DNA from: Nemertoderma westbladi
Taxonomy: Eukaryota; Animalia; Xenacoelomorpha
Assembly (NCBI GenBank): GCA_032718475.1
Contig: JAUCBJ010007973.1
Coordinates: forward strand, 1 to 40,597
Length of the DNA: 40,597 bases
Reading direction: 5' to 3'
Position 1 is the stretch's first letter; each line of letters begins with the position of its first letter. The notes beneath the pieces were generated by a model. That model was given only the letters and a program-made list of their open reading frames with translations, had not been told where the DNA came from and ran no database searches. Positions 11,686 to 25,494 of this stretch are shown piece after piece. The position numbers were made by a program, and so were the translations under genes.

Positions 11686-12580
11686 AGTCACCAAAAATTG
11701 ATGTAAATTTCAACAAAAAAATTATTTTACACCAAACTAAATAATGTGACCGTGAATGATAAAAAAATTATTCAACCCCAAATAAAATTATTCCAACACC
11801 AAAATAAATTTTTCAACACCAAAAACAATTATTCAACACCAAAACCAATTATTCAATACCAAAATAAATAAATGCTCCCCAAAACCAATTATTAGCATCA
11901 AAATAAATGACAAAACCCCGAAAATAATTACAAATTTTCCCAAAACAAATACATTTTGCCCAAAATAAATACATTTTCGCCCAAAACAAAACATTTTCCC
12001 CCAAAACAAATACATTATCGCCCAATATAAATACATAATCCCCCAAATTAAATACTACTGCAGCAATTAATAGGCGTAGCACTTCCAGGAAGTTAGACAA
12101 AAAACTGCAGTAATACTGAAACCTAATAACAGTACTGCTATATAATACTGAAACCTAATATGGCATAGGCCATAGGCAATAACAGATAAGCAATATAGGC
12201 CTAGAGGTACGAATACCGTAACTGAAGCATAGCAACTGGATGCCCAATGCGTAGTTAATATAAAATATTTGGTGCTGGAATAATTTTTTAGGTTGACAAG
12301 TAATTATTTTTGGGGGATGAATAATTGTTTTCAATAATTGTTTTTGGGGGAAGAATAATTGTTTTTTTTGGGGAATCAATAATTGTTTTTGGGGGATGAA
12401 TAATTGTTTTTGGGGGATGAATATTGTTTTTGGGGGATGAATATTGTTTTTGGGGGATGAATAATTGTTTTTGGTGAGAGGGATATTCAAAATTGGGGGA
12501 TGTGAATTGGTGCTACAAAAAAATATATTTGGTGCAAAATAATTTATTTTGGTGTTAAATCATCTAATTTGGGGTGGCAT
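11686..12580. mobile_element. Degenerate foldback/MITE-like element with inverted arrays of about 20-bp AT-rich subrepeats
   Basis: aattattcaacaccaaaa-type units on the left (11760-12050) and complementary tttttgggggatgaataatt units on the right (12270-12560); ends imprecise. Confidence 0.6.
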
Positions 12581-13448
12581 TCAATTAGTGGCGATGTTTA
12601 ATAACTTGGGCGATGAGATTTATTCCATGTTAATGAGCCGAACGAGTGATTTTCTAATATTCATTTATTTGGTTGGTATGCTAAGTTAATTGACCTGATG
12701 TAAATAATAAATTGATATTCAAAAATTCACAAACACATTATTTTTTAAGTTTTAAAAATATAATTTTCGATAGGATAAATTACATTTAATTATAATATAT
12801 ATCAAGAGGATTAATTAAAAAAAACAAGCATGTTTAATTAAAACAAGCATGGGCATTCAATAGCATGCTAACACACAACTAAATATAAATTAATGATAGG
12901 ATAATGTCCTTTGATTATACTATCTGATGCTTTAATATAATGTTGTCTAGGACTAGTATTGATGGTAATTAGTGGCCCTGATTAATAATTAATGAACTTA
13001 TTACGAGATAAAGGCTATTTATCATATGGCCGCTCATTATCAAATAATTAACATTTTCGTAGACTAATGAACGCTTGGAAAATATAGGCAAAACTATTGA
13101 TTTAAATAACTTGATTGACAAAATTATATGGCGAAGTTTTATAATCGCAAGTATTAATTTAAAAAAAAATGCTTTAACATGCTGATGGTAGCGCCAACAC
13201 CCATTGGCTTAGGGATAACATGCGTATGGATTCGAAATTTATATTCTTAAGCCCCGTTTCCACAATGTCACCAGCGGTAATTAATAGTATCAACTACATA
13301 GATGAAGAGGAACACTATGGTGAAAAGTAGTTTCATTTTAAGGGAAAAAAAAATTTATTTTTAAGACGATTTTAATGGTTGTAATCTGGAGGTCAGCCGA
13401 GGAGTCACGTAGAAACGGAACTTAAGATCTCAAGATAAATAAACCGAC

Positions 13449-13839
13449 CGCTTGTTTCTCCTTCCGCTGGTTTACCGGATTGAACCTCGGAATCTTTCTC
13501 CCCTTCCGAGTCGCTCATCTCCGCAGATTCCGGCGAGGTTTGCGCGTTCGGCGAGACTCCGGGCGTTCGGACTACCTCCGGGATGAGTCGTCGCACTCGC
13601 GTCGTCGTGGCAACCTGGCTCGGCGTCCCGACAACCCGACTCGGCGTCCCGACAACCCGGCTCGGTGTCCCGACAACCCGGATCGGAGCCGCGGCTACCC
13701 GAGCCGAACCGAAGCCCCGCAGTCGGACCGCCGACCTCCGTGACGGACTTCCCGAACCGTAGCCTCGCTTCGAAGTACGGATCCGGGCGGGAGTCAGCAG
13801 CATAGAAACCGGAAAGCTTTTACGGGAACTCGTAGGCAA
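13449..13839 (-). CDS. PPIP5K: Ser/Arg/Pro-rich exon of the PPIP5K tail (LPTSSRKSF...AEGETS), including a 3x RVVGTPS coding repeat
   Basis: ttcccctccag acceptor, G|gtcggt donor, 391 nt, GC-rich island; phase 0->1 exactly bridges the 18890 and 11610 exons. Confidence 0.75.
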
Positions 13840-14486
13840 CTGGAGGGGAATAAGTTAACTCGTAAAAGGTAACATTTATTTACTCCAAAGTCTTTAAACC
13901 TTTCCCAGAACTCTAAGAACATTCCCAAGAATAATTTTCAACTCGAACACATTTATCGGAATGGACTAGGCCTAAGTCAATCCGTATCTTTTCAATCTCA
14001 TACCATTCATATATTATTTTTTAATATTAGTCTTCCTCAATATTAAACGAAGGCGGCAGATGAGTAATAGCATTGCCTACATGCATGGCATGGCCTTTAA
14101 GTAGGCCATGGTAATAGTAACCTCTATGAACCCACGGCCCCGCCGCCCCACCCCTAATAAAATCGGATTGAATTGAATGATGGATTAGATTGAATTGAAT
14201 CAAGTTTGACATTCCTATTTCATCCCGGGTGAGTCAAAATTTTCATTTTCGCGTTTAAAAACTTTAGCTACAAACACTTCAAAAAATTGTCTCCGTCGAT
14301 ATAACAATTATTCTTCTTCGTTATAGATATTTGTTGATCTCGTCCGATTTGGAATCCTTGTACGAATTAATCACGGCAATCACAAATAATAATAATAATA
14401 TCCGTGGTGCCACTGCTGTGGAAATAAAATGCTTGTAGCAAAAGTTTGGAAGTTTCGGGAAATCAAACTATAACCAGCCGGTTAAA

Positions 14487-14909
14487 TCGGCTGTGATTGG
14501 CTAATTACTGATCTGACGTCACAACACGGTGCCGCAACTCAGTAGAATAGTTTGTTGTTGCTTACCGGGACTTCATTAAGTTTGGTGAAGATACACATTA
14601 TTTAATAGTAAGTGGCACCCAACTTAATGAAGTAAGTAAGCAACTACAAACTTTTGCACAGCAATAACGCAACGCTGTGTGCATAAAGTGTAAGAGGTAA
14701 TTTGGAAATTGCAAACAGCATTTTATCAACGTTAAATTAATTTAGGTATCAAAAGACGCGCAAGATTCTCCACTTTCTATTGATATACAGGAGCGAAATA
14801 ATTGAGATTTACTGTGTATTTGAAGTAAACTTAAAATAAAAGGTTAAATATAAGGTAGCATCGACTTGTGACGTCAGATCTGCATTCTGCAATAGCCAAC
14901 CACAGCCGA
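14487..14909. mobile_element. MITE-like inverted-repeat element with TGACGTCA in each arm
   Basis: tcggctgtgattggcta...gatctgacgtcacaa versus ttgtgacgtcagatc...tagccaaccacagccga; internal hairpin acttcattaagtt/aacttaatgaagt. True ends not defined. Confidence 0.6.
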
Positions 14910-16515
14910 CTTTCAATAAGACTTCGCGCACTTACTTAAACCTGTGTTTTAAAACCGTGTAAACAGTTTGCTTGTGTTTAGTTTAACACGCCAGGGCACT
15001 TTGTTACCCCTTTTTTCAATTGTATCTGATGCCCAAACAATATTTTCTCACACCAACCCTATTATGTACTGTATAAGCATGGGTTAGTACGGCATACAGG
15101 TACACTAATTAAAACATAAGCAAGCAGCTATTAGGAAAACTCCAAAAATTAACCACTATAATAGCTAAGCGAAGCAAACGGAGGCAGAACATTTTGTTAC
15201 AAAATTAGCAGTAAATAAATTAAAACAAAGCAGTATAGCCACTGAATGAACGAAAAATGATAGCAGAAGAGATAACCTGCTGACTTTGGACTGTCTCTTA
15301 GCAACAGATAACAATGACGACGGCTATATGCCACTGGAAATAGGAGTAGTTCAATTAATGTCTCCATGGAGTCTAGGCAGGGTGACTAATCACTCAAGGT
15401 ATTTATAAAGTTATTTTGATTCCAAACAGGTATTTGTTTAGGCAACCAACGCCAGCTGATATATTAGTTAACTAAATCTATTGTCATTTTTGAACCACAA
15501 ATTATAATACCATTTCCTGGGCTAGCTTGTTTCCATGACAATGATGACTCATCAGTGACGTCAGCATAACCAAAGGATCTACGTCGGGATGATGGCAGAC
15601 TGCGGCCAGACTGTTAATAGGTGAAAATACAAATAATTAAAGGGCTACGAGCAATAAACAATTAAGGTTTGGGTAAAAAAAAATCACATAAAAAATAACT
15701 TAACTAAACACTTTCATATAGGCCCTACATATTTTTGAGGTTGTAAACAATAATCACATAAGGCTCGCCCCACGATAGAAAAACAGGAAATACAAGTTAT
15801 AGAAGAAAGTTATTTTTGAAACTTTATGAAATTATGAAGAAAAGAATACTGAATAAAATTGTATTCTTAAATTGTTACTTTTCGCTCGAGTATACCCCAA
15901 AATCGGGAGAAAAAGGGTCTCCCTAGGGAATGAAATAACCCGTAGGATTGGTTGAATTTACTTTTTCCCGGTGAAAAAGGTAACATAAATTATTTTTGGT
16001 GGAATTTCTTAAATTTTATTACATTTGTTTTAAGAGCATCGAAGTAGAAAAGGTTTGCACGTAATTTTTGAGCAAAATTCATGCGTACACCCAAAAGTTG
16101 TTGCCACTTTAGTGTCTGCAAGGCGTTTATTAGATTATTAAATTATTTAACATTGAGTTAGGCAGCATCGGGAGTTAAAGTGTACAATAATTTGAATCGC
16201 AGTAACTATGGAAGCAATATAGTAAAATACTACAGTTCAATTTATTTTACTTTACTATATCGCTCTATCATTTAATTAAGAATCGCAGGCATTAAGCAAG
16301 AAAAAGTAGACATTTAAGAAGAAAACTACGTTATACAAGGGAAAAAAACGTAGATAATTTTTTCAATATTTTCTCGAGTTTGACCCTTTATTAACCGGTA
16401 TAATGCCCGGAGATTGGTGAAAAAAAGTACAACTTTTTACTACATTTTTTTCAATGTAATACGTAAATTTATTCTTAAATTAGTACTTTTTTTTGTTGCT
16501 CAATAATTACTATAA

Positions 16516-17741
16516 CACTTAAACTGGTAGAGACACATATTTGTGTTTTCAGAATACAGTGTTGACTTGGTCATGTATATATTTCGTTGTTGTATTGACT
16601 TGGTAAAAACACAAATATGTGTTTACACTTTTATGTCACGAGCTGGTCTAACCATTTTAGAAACTACGTTTCGAGTTGGTATGAACACAAATTTGTGTTT
16701 CAGTAAGTATTGTCTGTCTTGGTGAGATGTTTTGTATGAGTTTTATCCCACTTGGTCAGCGTTTTTCTTTGGATATTATAATTATTTAGATGTTTATGTA
16801 CAAAAATCTTTCTATTAAAATAAGGAGAAAATTGTTTTTTTTTTATTGTATTGATGTATTTTACATTAAATACAATATTAAACAGTTTAACATTTAAGAC
16901 AGGCAGTAACAGTTTTAATCAGTTAGATAAACAGTTAATCAGAGTCAGAGTTAATGTGGCTATCATCTGTTTATTATCATAAATAAGTTTCTCAAATTTG
17001 ATAACATGAATCGAATGAATACCGGAGTAGAAAAGTTTTCCACATCATAAAAAAATATCCATCCAAATAATGATGGTAGTTAAAAGAGTAAAATATAGTT
17101 ATTTTCTTCCACAGTGGGTCTAGCAATCCGATGATACTAAAAGGAAGTAACGAAGAACCATTTATATAAGTTTGTGGGGTGTGGGAATATTGCAGCCGAA
17201 GTCTTGAGATTCAGTTATTGTTATACTGTGAAGCATACCTGTGGGAAAACCTAATGTGTGGGCGTTGGGGATGCCAAACTGGCGGATATGAGGTATCGGA
17301 AGAAAGCCCATAAGCAGGGCTATCTAGTAGTGGTAATCCTTTGTTCATCCGAGATAATGTTAAAATACGGCCATTACTTAAACTTTTCTATATTTTAGAA
17401 TCTTTCTCACACCACTGTTTCTGCCATAGTGGGCGATTCGAGATGATTCAACTACCATTGTGTAGCTCTACATTCAAGCGATTGAATGGCGGTAATGATA
17501 AACCCATAGGGATTCATTAAGTAGTAGTATTATAAGAATACGTAAAATATGTCTAAAACATAAAAAAAGCGTCACCACCAATTGGATAGCCGCTCAGGCA
17601 AACACATATTTGTGTTCTTACCAACTCGGAGAACGTCAATCGATGTTTTCCCACCAGTTAGCGTACATTCACATAAAACACAAATTTGTGTTTCTACCAA
17701 GTCGAAACAAAAGTAAATGAAGACGCTGACCAGTTTAAGTG
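16516..17741. mobile_element. piggyBac-like non-autonomous DNA transposon (1.23 kb)
   Basis: 13-bp TIR cacttaaactggt / accagtttaagtg; flanks ataa / ttaa (TTAA-type TSD, one mismatch); palindromic acacaWatWtgtgt-type subterminal motifs, three left and two right, spaced about 76-77 bp. Confidence 0.7.
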
Positions 17742-18889
17742 TTAATAAACGGTAGAACGAAACAGTGTTCCAAAATAAATTGAACTGTATATGTATTAAA
17801 TAAAAAAAGAATAATTCTTCTCAATAGGCACACAAACTATTATCATTTTGGATGATAATTATTAGTAAAATAATTTGTCGGGGAAAATAATAAGCAGCTC
17901 GTCATCATTAATAATTGTGACATCCTACACACAAAACAAGATTTCCCCGTTTGAAAAAAAGTGTTGTAAGCTTTCAATTTCACATACCACTCTAAATAAA
18001 TATCACTAAAAATTTAAAATTTCATTGTGTCCCGCAAATAGTAATAGGGGCCATTCTTACGTGCGTGGCAAAACCGCTTAGTTGATGATTAAGAACACGA
18101 GTTATGCGCCGTATAAGAGTTTTCGAAACCGCCGTGTTCGTCGAGCCACGAAGACTAGGTGAGCTTTGGCGCAGTGGTATAATTAGTGGACCGGACCGTG
18201 CCAATAATAGCCAGATCTACTAATTGTACTGAACTACGCAAAAGACCATCTATAAACATCGTGATGTGCGAATGTCACTACGTACGTGTCCTTCGTGACT
18301 GCTAAGTGACCAACATCAGGGTAATGAATTCTTGGAATGGATGAGTTTCCATTGGCGGACTCTAGCGTAGTTGTGACGAATCTCTCTCGTTCCAGAATAT
18401 CTCCGCAAAGGCTAAATCCGAACGGGTTAGCATAAACAAATATATGGGTAAATCACTTAATCAGTAATGAATCAGTTATAGGGAATAATAGGTTAATTTC
18501 AACAAGATCAAAACGTAAGTTCTCTTATAAAAAACAAAAAGAGATGAAGTGGTATGCCCGCGCTAGTGGTCTAAGATGTAACATAACGGATGGGTGTTGA
18601 ATATCAATGAAATATAAGGTCTAAAACACTAGCAAGGTAATTTACATTACGTCTATATTTAACATACCGCAAACAAGCTAACAGTAAGTTAGCTTGGATA
18701 GAAAATGCCGTTATCTAATTCTTATAAACCTAGGGTTATATTTCGTGTATTATAATTTGATCATGATCAGTACCGGTTAGGAATGAAGTAGGATAAGAAA
18801 AGTTTAATATTTATCAATTAGCCAGGCTTATATAGTGTAGTACTATAAATAATAATATTTAACTAATTAGAATTTCTAGTAACACCAAC

Positions 18890-20011
18890 CTGGGATCTAA
18901 GGTTCGATGACCGAGGGGTGGTGGCTGACCGGGTGTTCTTGTCAAGAGATCTTCTTAGCGAGAGTGGGGATCTGTTGAACTTGGATTGGTGCTGGCGGGA
19001 TGGCTGCTCGTGTAGTACAGAGTCGGCAACCAACGACCGGTCGCGATGTACCTGGGACCCGGACCCACCCTGGACCCGTTTAACACCCTCACTAGAACGA
19101 CGGATAGACTTATCCTGTGTCATCGAGGACTGTTTAATGACGTCACTGGGTATTGAATTGGAACTAGACGCTTTTGGTTTAGAGAAAGATGTCGCTTTTT
19201 TATTATTGTTTGTTTGACATGCAGATCTCGACCTCGCTGGTTGAGCGCTGCAAGTTCTACTGGATTCAGTTTGAGAACCCGAACTAGTTTCTGATTGAGT
19301 ACAAATATGTGTGGCTTTAGTTTGAGGGCAAGTTTTACTGGTTTCTGTTTGCGCTAAAATGGTTGTGGCTTCTCTTTGTGCACAAGTGTTAGTGGTTTCA
19401 GTTTCAGTATACGGTATACCGCTTACTGTTTGAGAACAAACTTTTTTAGTTTCGGTTTGAGCACAAGATCCAGTTGCTTCAGTTAGTCCACAAATTGTAG
19501 TGGTTTCGGTTTGAAGACAATTAATAGTGGCTTCTCTTTGCGCGGCTGTTGAACAAATTGTTTCGATTCGAGAACAAGAAACACAGACTCCTAATCCTGC
19601 GCTCGCGACATCAGCTTTTAGTGTAGGATTTGCAGTAGATCCTGTTTGCCCTTCAACGCCAATGGCGCCCGGATGTTTAGCAATTACGTCGTTAATAACC
19701 GCGTCTGGCACCATCTCCGACAATGTCGGTTCAGACTGCGTGGATTCCAGCTTTAAGTGAGAACCGGTAATATTAATCCTCTGACGAGAAATATTAGTAT
19801 TGGAAGAATGCAAGTCTGAGACGCAACCCCCATCGACGAGACCACCGGAATCAGTTGGAGTTGAATCCGATACGCAATTAACGGGTTGGGTGCCGGTTGT
19901 CACTGTCGTTGTGGTTGTTGTTGCTGTTGTTGAAAGAGTTGTTACTCTTGCTGTTGATGCTGTCGTTGTCGTTGATATGGTAGTAGATAAGTTAGCCTTC
20001 AAATCGTTGCC
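18890..20011 (-). CDS. PPIP5K: Large Thr/Ser-rich exon (374 codons) of the PPIP5K disordered C-terminal tail
   Basis: Strong (t)9gtag acceptor at 20012, CAG|gttggt donor, 1122 nt open frame, phase 0->0 fitting upstream and downstream exons; no homology recognised. Confidence 0.8.
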
Positions 20012-20086
20012 CTACAAAAAAAAACGATTAAAATAAAGTATTGTAGGTGGTGTGTTAGGTTGAATGAAATAACGAAACCTGTAGCG

Positions 20087-23000
20087 CTTCAACCCCGAGA
20101 TACTCACGTTCAACCCCTAGCAACTCAGCTTCAACCCATAGGAACTCACATTCAACTCCTAGGAATTCACCTCCAACCCCTAGGAACTCACCTTCAACAA
20201 CTACTAGGAACTCACCTTCAACAACTACTAGGAACTCACCTTCAACAACTACTAGGAACTCACCTTCAACCCCTAGGAACTCACCTTCAACCCCTAGGAA
20301 CTCACCTTCAACCCCTAGCGACTCACCTTCAACCCCTAGGAACTCACCGTCAATCCCTAGGAACTCACCCTCAACCCCTAGGAACTCACCTTCAACCCCT
20401 AGGAACTCACCTTCAACCCCTAGTAACTCACCTTCAACAACTCCTAGGAACTCACCTTCAACCTATAGGAACTCACCTTCAAAAACCCCTAGGAACTCAC
20501 GTTCAATCCCTAGAAACAGACCTTCAACTCCTAGGAACTCACCTCCGACCACTAGGAACTCACCTTCAACCCCTAGGAACTCACCTTCAACCCCTAGGAA
20601 CTCACCTTCAACAACCCCTAGGAACTCACGTTCAATCCCTAGAAACTCACCTTCATCTCCTCGGAATTCACCTTCAACTCCTAGGAACTCACCTCCGACC
20701 ACTAGGAACTCACCTTCAACCCCTAGGAACTCACCTTCAACCCCTAGGAACTCACCTTCAAACCCTAGGAACTCACCCTCAACCCCTAGGAACTCACCTT
20801 CAACCCCTAGGAACTCACCTTCAACCCCTAGGAACTCACGTTAAATAACCCCTAGAAACTCACCCTCAACCCCTAGGAACTCACCTTCAACCCCTAGGAA
20901 CTCACCTTCAACCCCTAGGAACTCACGTTCAAAAACCCCTAGAAACTCACCATCAACCCCTAGGAACTCACCTTCAACCCCTAGGAACTCACCTTCAACA
21001 ACTACTAGGAACTCACCTTCAACCCCTAGGAACTCACCTTCAACCCCTAGCGACTCACCTTCAACCCCTAGGAACTCACCTTCAATCCATAGGAACTCAC
21101 CCTCAACCCCTAGGAACTCACCTTCAACCCCTAGTAACTCACCTTCAACAACTCCTAGGAACTCACCTTCAACCCATAGGAACTCACTTTCAAAAACCCC
21201 TAGGAACTCACATTCAATCCCTAGAAACAGACCTTCAACTCCTAGGAACTCACCTTCAACTCCCATGAACTCACCTTCAACCCCTAGGAACTCACCTTCA
21301 ACCCATAGGAACTCACCTTCAACAACCCCTAGGAACTCACGTTCAATCCCTAGAAACTCACCTTCAACTCCTAGGAACTCACCTTCAACTCCTAGGAACT
21401 CACCTCCGACCACTAGGAACTCTCCTTCAACCTCTAGGAACTCACCTTCAACCCCTAGGAACTCACCTTCAACAACCCCTAGGAACTCACGTTGAATCCC
21501 TAGAAACTCACCTTCAACTCCTAGGAACTCACCTTCAACTCCTAGCAACTCACCTCCGACCACTAGGAACTCACCTTCAACCCCTAGGAACTCACCTTCA
21601 AACCCTAGGAACTCACCCTCAACACCTAGGAACTCACCTTCAACCCCTAGGAACTCACCTTCAACCCCTAGGAACTCACGTTCAATAACCCCTAGAAACT
21701 CACCCTCAACCCCTAGGAACTCACCTTCAACCCCTAGGAACTCACCTTCAACCCCTAGGAACTCACGTTCAATAACCCCTAGAAACTCACCATCAACCCC
21801 TACGAACTCACCTTCAACCCCTAGGAACTCACCTTCAACAACTCCTAGGAACTCACCTTCAACCCCTAGGATTCACCTTCAACCCTAGGAACTCGCATTC
21901 AACCCCTAGGAACTCACCTTCAACAACTCCTAGGAACTCACCTTCAACCCCTAGGAACTCACCCTCAACCCCTAGGAACTCGCATTCAACCCCTAGGATT
22001 CACCTTCAACCACTAGGAACTCACCCTCAATCCCTAGGAACTCACCTTCAACCCCTAGGAAATTACCTTCAACCCCTAGGAACTCGCATTCAACCCCTAG
22101 GAACTCGCATTCAACCCCTAGGAACTCGCATTCAACCCCTAGGAACTCGCATTCAACCCCTAGGAACTCACCTTCAAGAACTCCTAGGAACTCACCTTCA
22201 ACCCCTAGGAACTCCCCCCAACCCCTAGGAACTCGCATTCAACCCCTAGGATTCACCTTCAATCCCTAGGAACTCACCCTCAACCCCTAGGAACTCACCC
22301 ACAACCCCTAGGAACTCACCTTCAACCCCTAGGAACTCACCTTCAACCCCTAGGAACTCGCATTCAACCCCTAGGATTCACCTTCAACCCCTAGGAACTC
22401 CCCCTCAACTCCTAGGAACTCACCCTCAACCCCTAGGAACTCGCATTCAACCCCTAGGGTTCACCCTCAACCCCTAGGAACTCACCCTCAACCCCTAGGA
22501 ACTCACCCTCAACCCCTAGGAACTCGCATTCAACCCCTAGGATTCACATTCAACCCCTAGGAACTCACCTTCAACCCCTCGGAACTCACCTTCAACCCCT
22601 AGGAACTGACCCTCAATCCCCAGGAACTCACCCTCAACCCCTAGGATTCACCTTCAACCCCTAGGATTCACCCTCAACCCCTAGGAACTCACCCTCAACC
22701 CATAGGAACTCACCTTCAACCCCTAGGAACTCACCTTCAACCCCTAGGAACTCACCTTCAACCCCTAGGAACTCACCCTCAACCCCAAGGAATTCACCTT
22801 CAACCCCTAGGAAGTCACCTTCAACCTACAGGAACTCACCTTCAACCCCTAGGAACTCACCTCCAACAACTCCTAGGAACTCACCTTAAACCCCTAGGAA
22901 ATCACCTTCAACCCCTAGGAACTCACCTTCAACCCCTAGGAACTCACCTTCAACCACTAGGAAATCACCCTCAATCCCTAGGAACTCGCATTCAACCACT

Positions 23001-25494
23001 AGGAAATCACCCTCAATCCCTAGGAACCCACCCTCAACCCTTAGAAACTCACCTTCAACCCCTAGGATCTCACCCTCAATCCCTAGGAACTCACCCTCAA
23101 CCCCTAGGAACTCACCCTCAATCCCTAGGAACTCACCTTCAATCCCTAGGAACTCACCCTCAACCCCTAGGAACTCACCCTCAACCCCTAGGAACTCACC
23201 CACAACCCCTAGGAACTCACCTTCAACCCCTAGGAACTCACCTTCAACCCCTAGGAACTCACCTTCAACCCCTAGGAACTCGCATTCAACCCCTGGGATT
23301 CACCTTCAACCCCTAGGAACTCCCCCTCAACTCCTAGGAACTCACCCTCGACCCCTAGGAACTCGCATTCAACCCCTAGGATTCACCTTCAACCCCTAGG
23401 AACTCACCCTCAACCCCTAGGAACTCACCCTCAACCCCTAGGAACTCGCATTCAACCCCTAGGATTCACATTCAACCCCTAGGAACTCACCTTCAACCCC
23501 TAGGAACTCACCTTCAACCCCTAGGAACTGACCCTCAATCCCCAGGAACTCACCCTCAACCCCTAGGATTCACCTTCAACCCCTAGGATTCACCCTCAAC
23601 CCCTAGGAACTCACCCTCAACCCATAGGAACTCACCTTCAACCCCTAGGAACTCACCTTCAACCCCTAGGAACTCACCTTCAACCCCTAGGAACTCACCC
23701 TCAACCCCTAGGAATTCACCTTCAACCCCTAGGAAGTCACCTTCAACCTACAGGAACTCATCTTCAACCCCTAGGAACTCACCTCCAACAACTCCTAGGA
23801 ACTCACCTTAAACCCCTAGGAAATCACCTTCAACCCTTAGGAACTCACCTTCAACCCCTAGGAACTCACCTTCAACCACTAGGAAATCACCCTCAATCCC
23901 TAGGAACTCGCATTCAACCACTAGGAAATCACCCTCAATCCCTAGGAACCCACCCTCAACCCTTAGAAACTCACCTTCAACCCCTAGGATCTCACCCTCA
24001 ATCCCTAGGAACTCACCCTCAACCCCTAGGAACTCACCCTCAATCCCTAGGAACTCACCTTCAATCCCTAGGAACTCACCCTCAACCCCTAGGAACTCAC
24101 CCTCAACCCCTAGGAACTCACCCACAACCCCTAGGAACTCACCTTCAACCCCTAGGAACTCACCTTCAACCCCTAGGAACTCGCATTCAACCCCTAGGAT
24201 TCACCTTCAACCCCTAGGAACTCCCCCTCAACTCCTAGGAACTCACCCTCAACCCCTAGGAACTCACCTTCAACCCCTAGGAACTCACCCTCAATCCCTA
24301 GGAACTCACCCTCAACCCCTAGGAACTCACCCTCAACCCCTAGGAACTCACCCTCAACCCCTAGGAACTCACCTTCAACCCCTAGGAACTCACCCTCAAT
24401 CCCTAGGAACTCACCCTCAACCCCTAGGAACTCACCCTCAACCCCTAGTAAACCACCCTCAATCCATAGGAACTCCCCTTCAACCCCTAGGAACTCACCC
24501 TCAATCCCTAGGAACTCACCCTCAACCCCTAGGAACTCACCCTCAACCCTTAGGAACTCACCTTCAACCCCTAGGAACTCACCCTCAATCCCTAGGAACT
24601 CACCCTCAATCCCTAGGAACTCGCATTCAACCCCTAGGAACTCACCTTCAACCTCTAGGATTAACCTTCAACCCCTAGGAACTCACCTTCAACCTCTAGG
24701 ATTAACCTTCAACCCATAGGAACTCACCTTCAACCCCTAGGAACTCACCCTCAATCCCTAGGAACTCACCCTCAATCCCTAGAAACACACCTTCAACCCC
24801 TAGGAACTCACCTTCAACCCCTAGGATTCACCTTCAACCCCTAGGAACTCACCTTCAACCCCTAGGAACTCACCCTCAATCCCTAGGAACTCACCCTCAA
24901 TTCCTAGGAACTCCCCCTAGGAACTCGCATTCAACCCCTAGGAACTCACCCACCTTCAACAACTCCTAGGAACTCACCTTCAACCCCTAGGATTCACCTT
25001 CAACCACTAGGAAATCACCCTCAATCCCTAGGAACTCACCTTCAATCCCTAGGAACTCACCCTCAACCCCTTCAACCTCTAGGATTAACCTTCAATCCCT
25101 AGAAACACACCTTCAACCCCTAGGAACTCACCTTCAACCCCTAGGATTCACCTTCAACCACTAGGAAATCACCCTCAATCCCTAGGAACCCACCCTTAAA
25201 CCTTAAAAACTCACATTCAACCCCTAGGAACTCACCTTCAACCCCTAGGATCTCACCCTCAATCCCTAGGAGCTCACCCGCAACCCCTAGGAACTCACCC
25301 TCAATCCCTAGGAACTCACCTTCAATCCCTAGGAACTCACCCTCAACCCCTTCAACCTCTAGGATTAACCTTCAATCCCTAGAAACACACCTTCAACCCC
25401 TAGGAACTCACCTTGAACCCCTAGGATTCACCTTCAATTCCTAGGAACTCATCTTCAACCCCTAGGAACTCACCTTCAACCCCTAGGAACTCAC
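20087..25494. repeat. 5.4-kb 21-bp minisatellite (ccctaggaactcaccttcaac, about 250 copies) filling nearly the whole intron
   Basis: Directly visible; 20- and 24-bp variants; minus-strand unit GTGAGTTCCTAGGGGTTGAAG. Confidence 0.98.

Noticed and set aside
15637-16395. Possible TTAA-flanked (Kolobok-like) element with aggg/ccct ends
   Set aside because: The terminal match is only 4-5 bp; not supportable by eye.
17230-17520. Exon-like fragments inside the piggyBac-like element
   Set aside because: Short frames with stops and no transposase or PPIP5K motifs.
18022-18420. GC-richer segment as an extra PPIP5K exon
   Set aside because: The phase-0 reading from the best acceptor (about 18411) stops early, no convincing donor, and flanking exons already join in frame. 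It cannot be excluded without RNA data.
20060-24125. Long ORFs such as (LGTHLQP)n and (GVEGEFL)n
   Set aside because: Translations of the 21-bp intronic minisatellite; the unit length is a multiple of 3, so open frames are expected.
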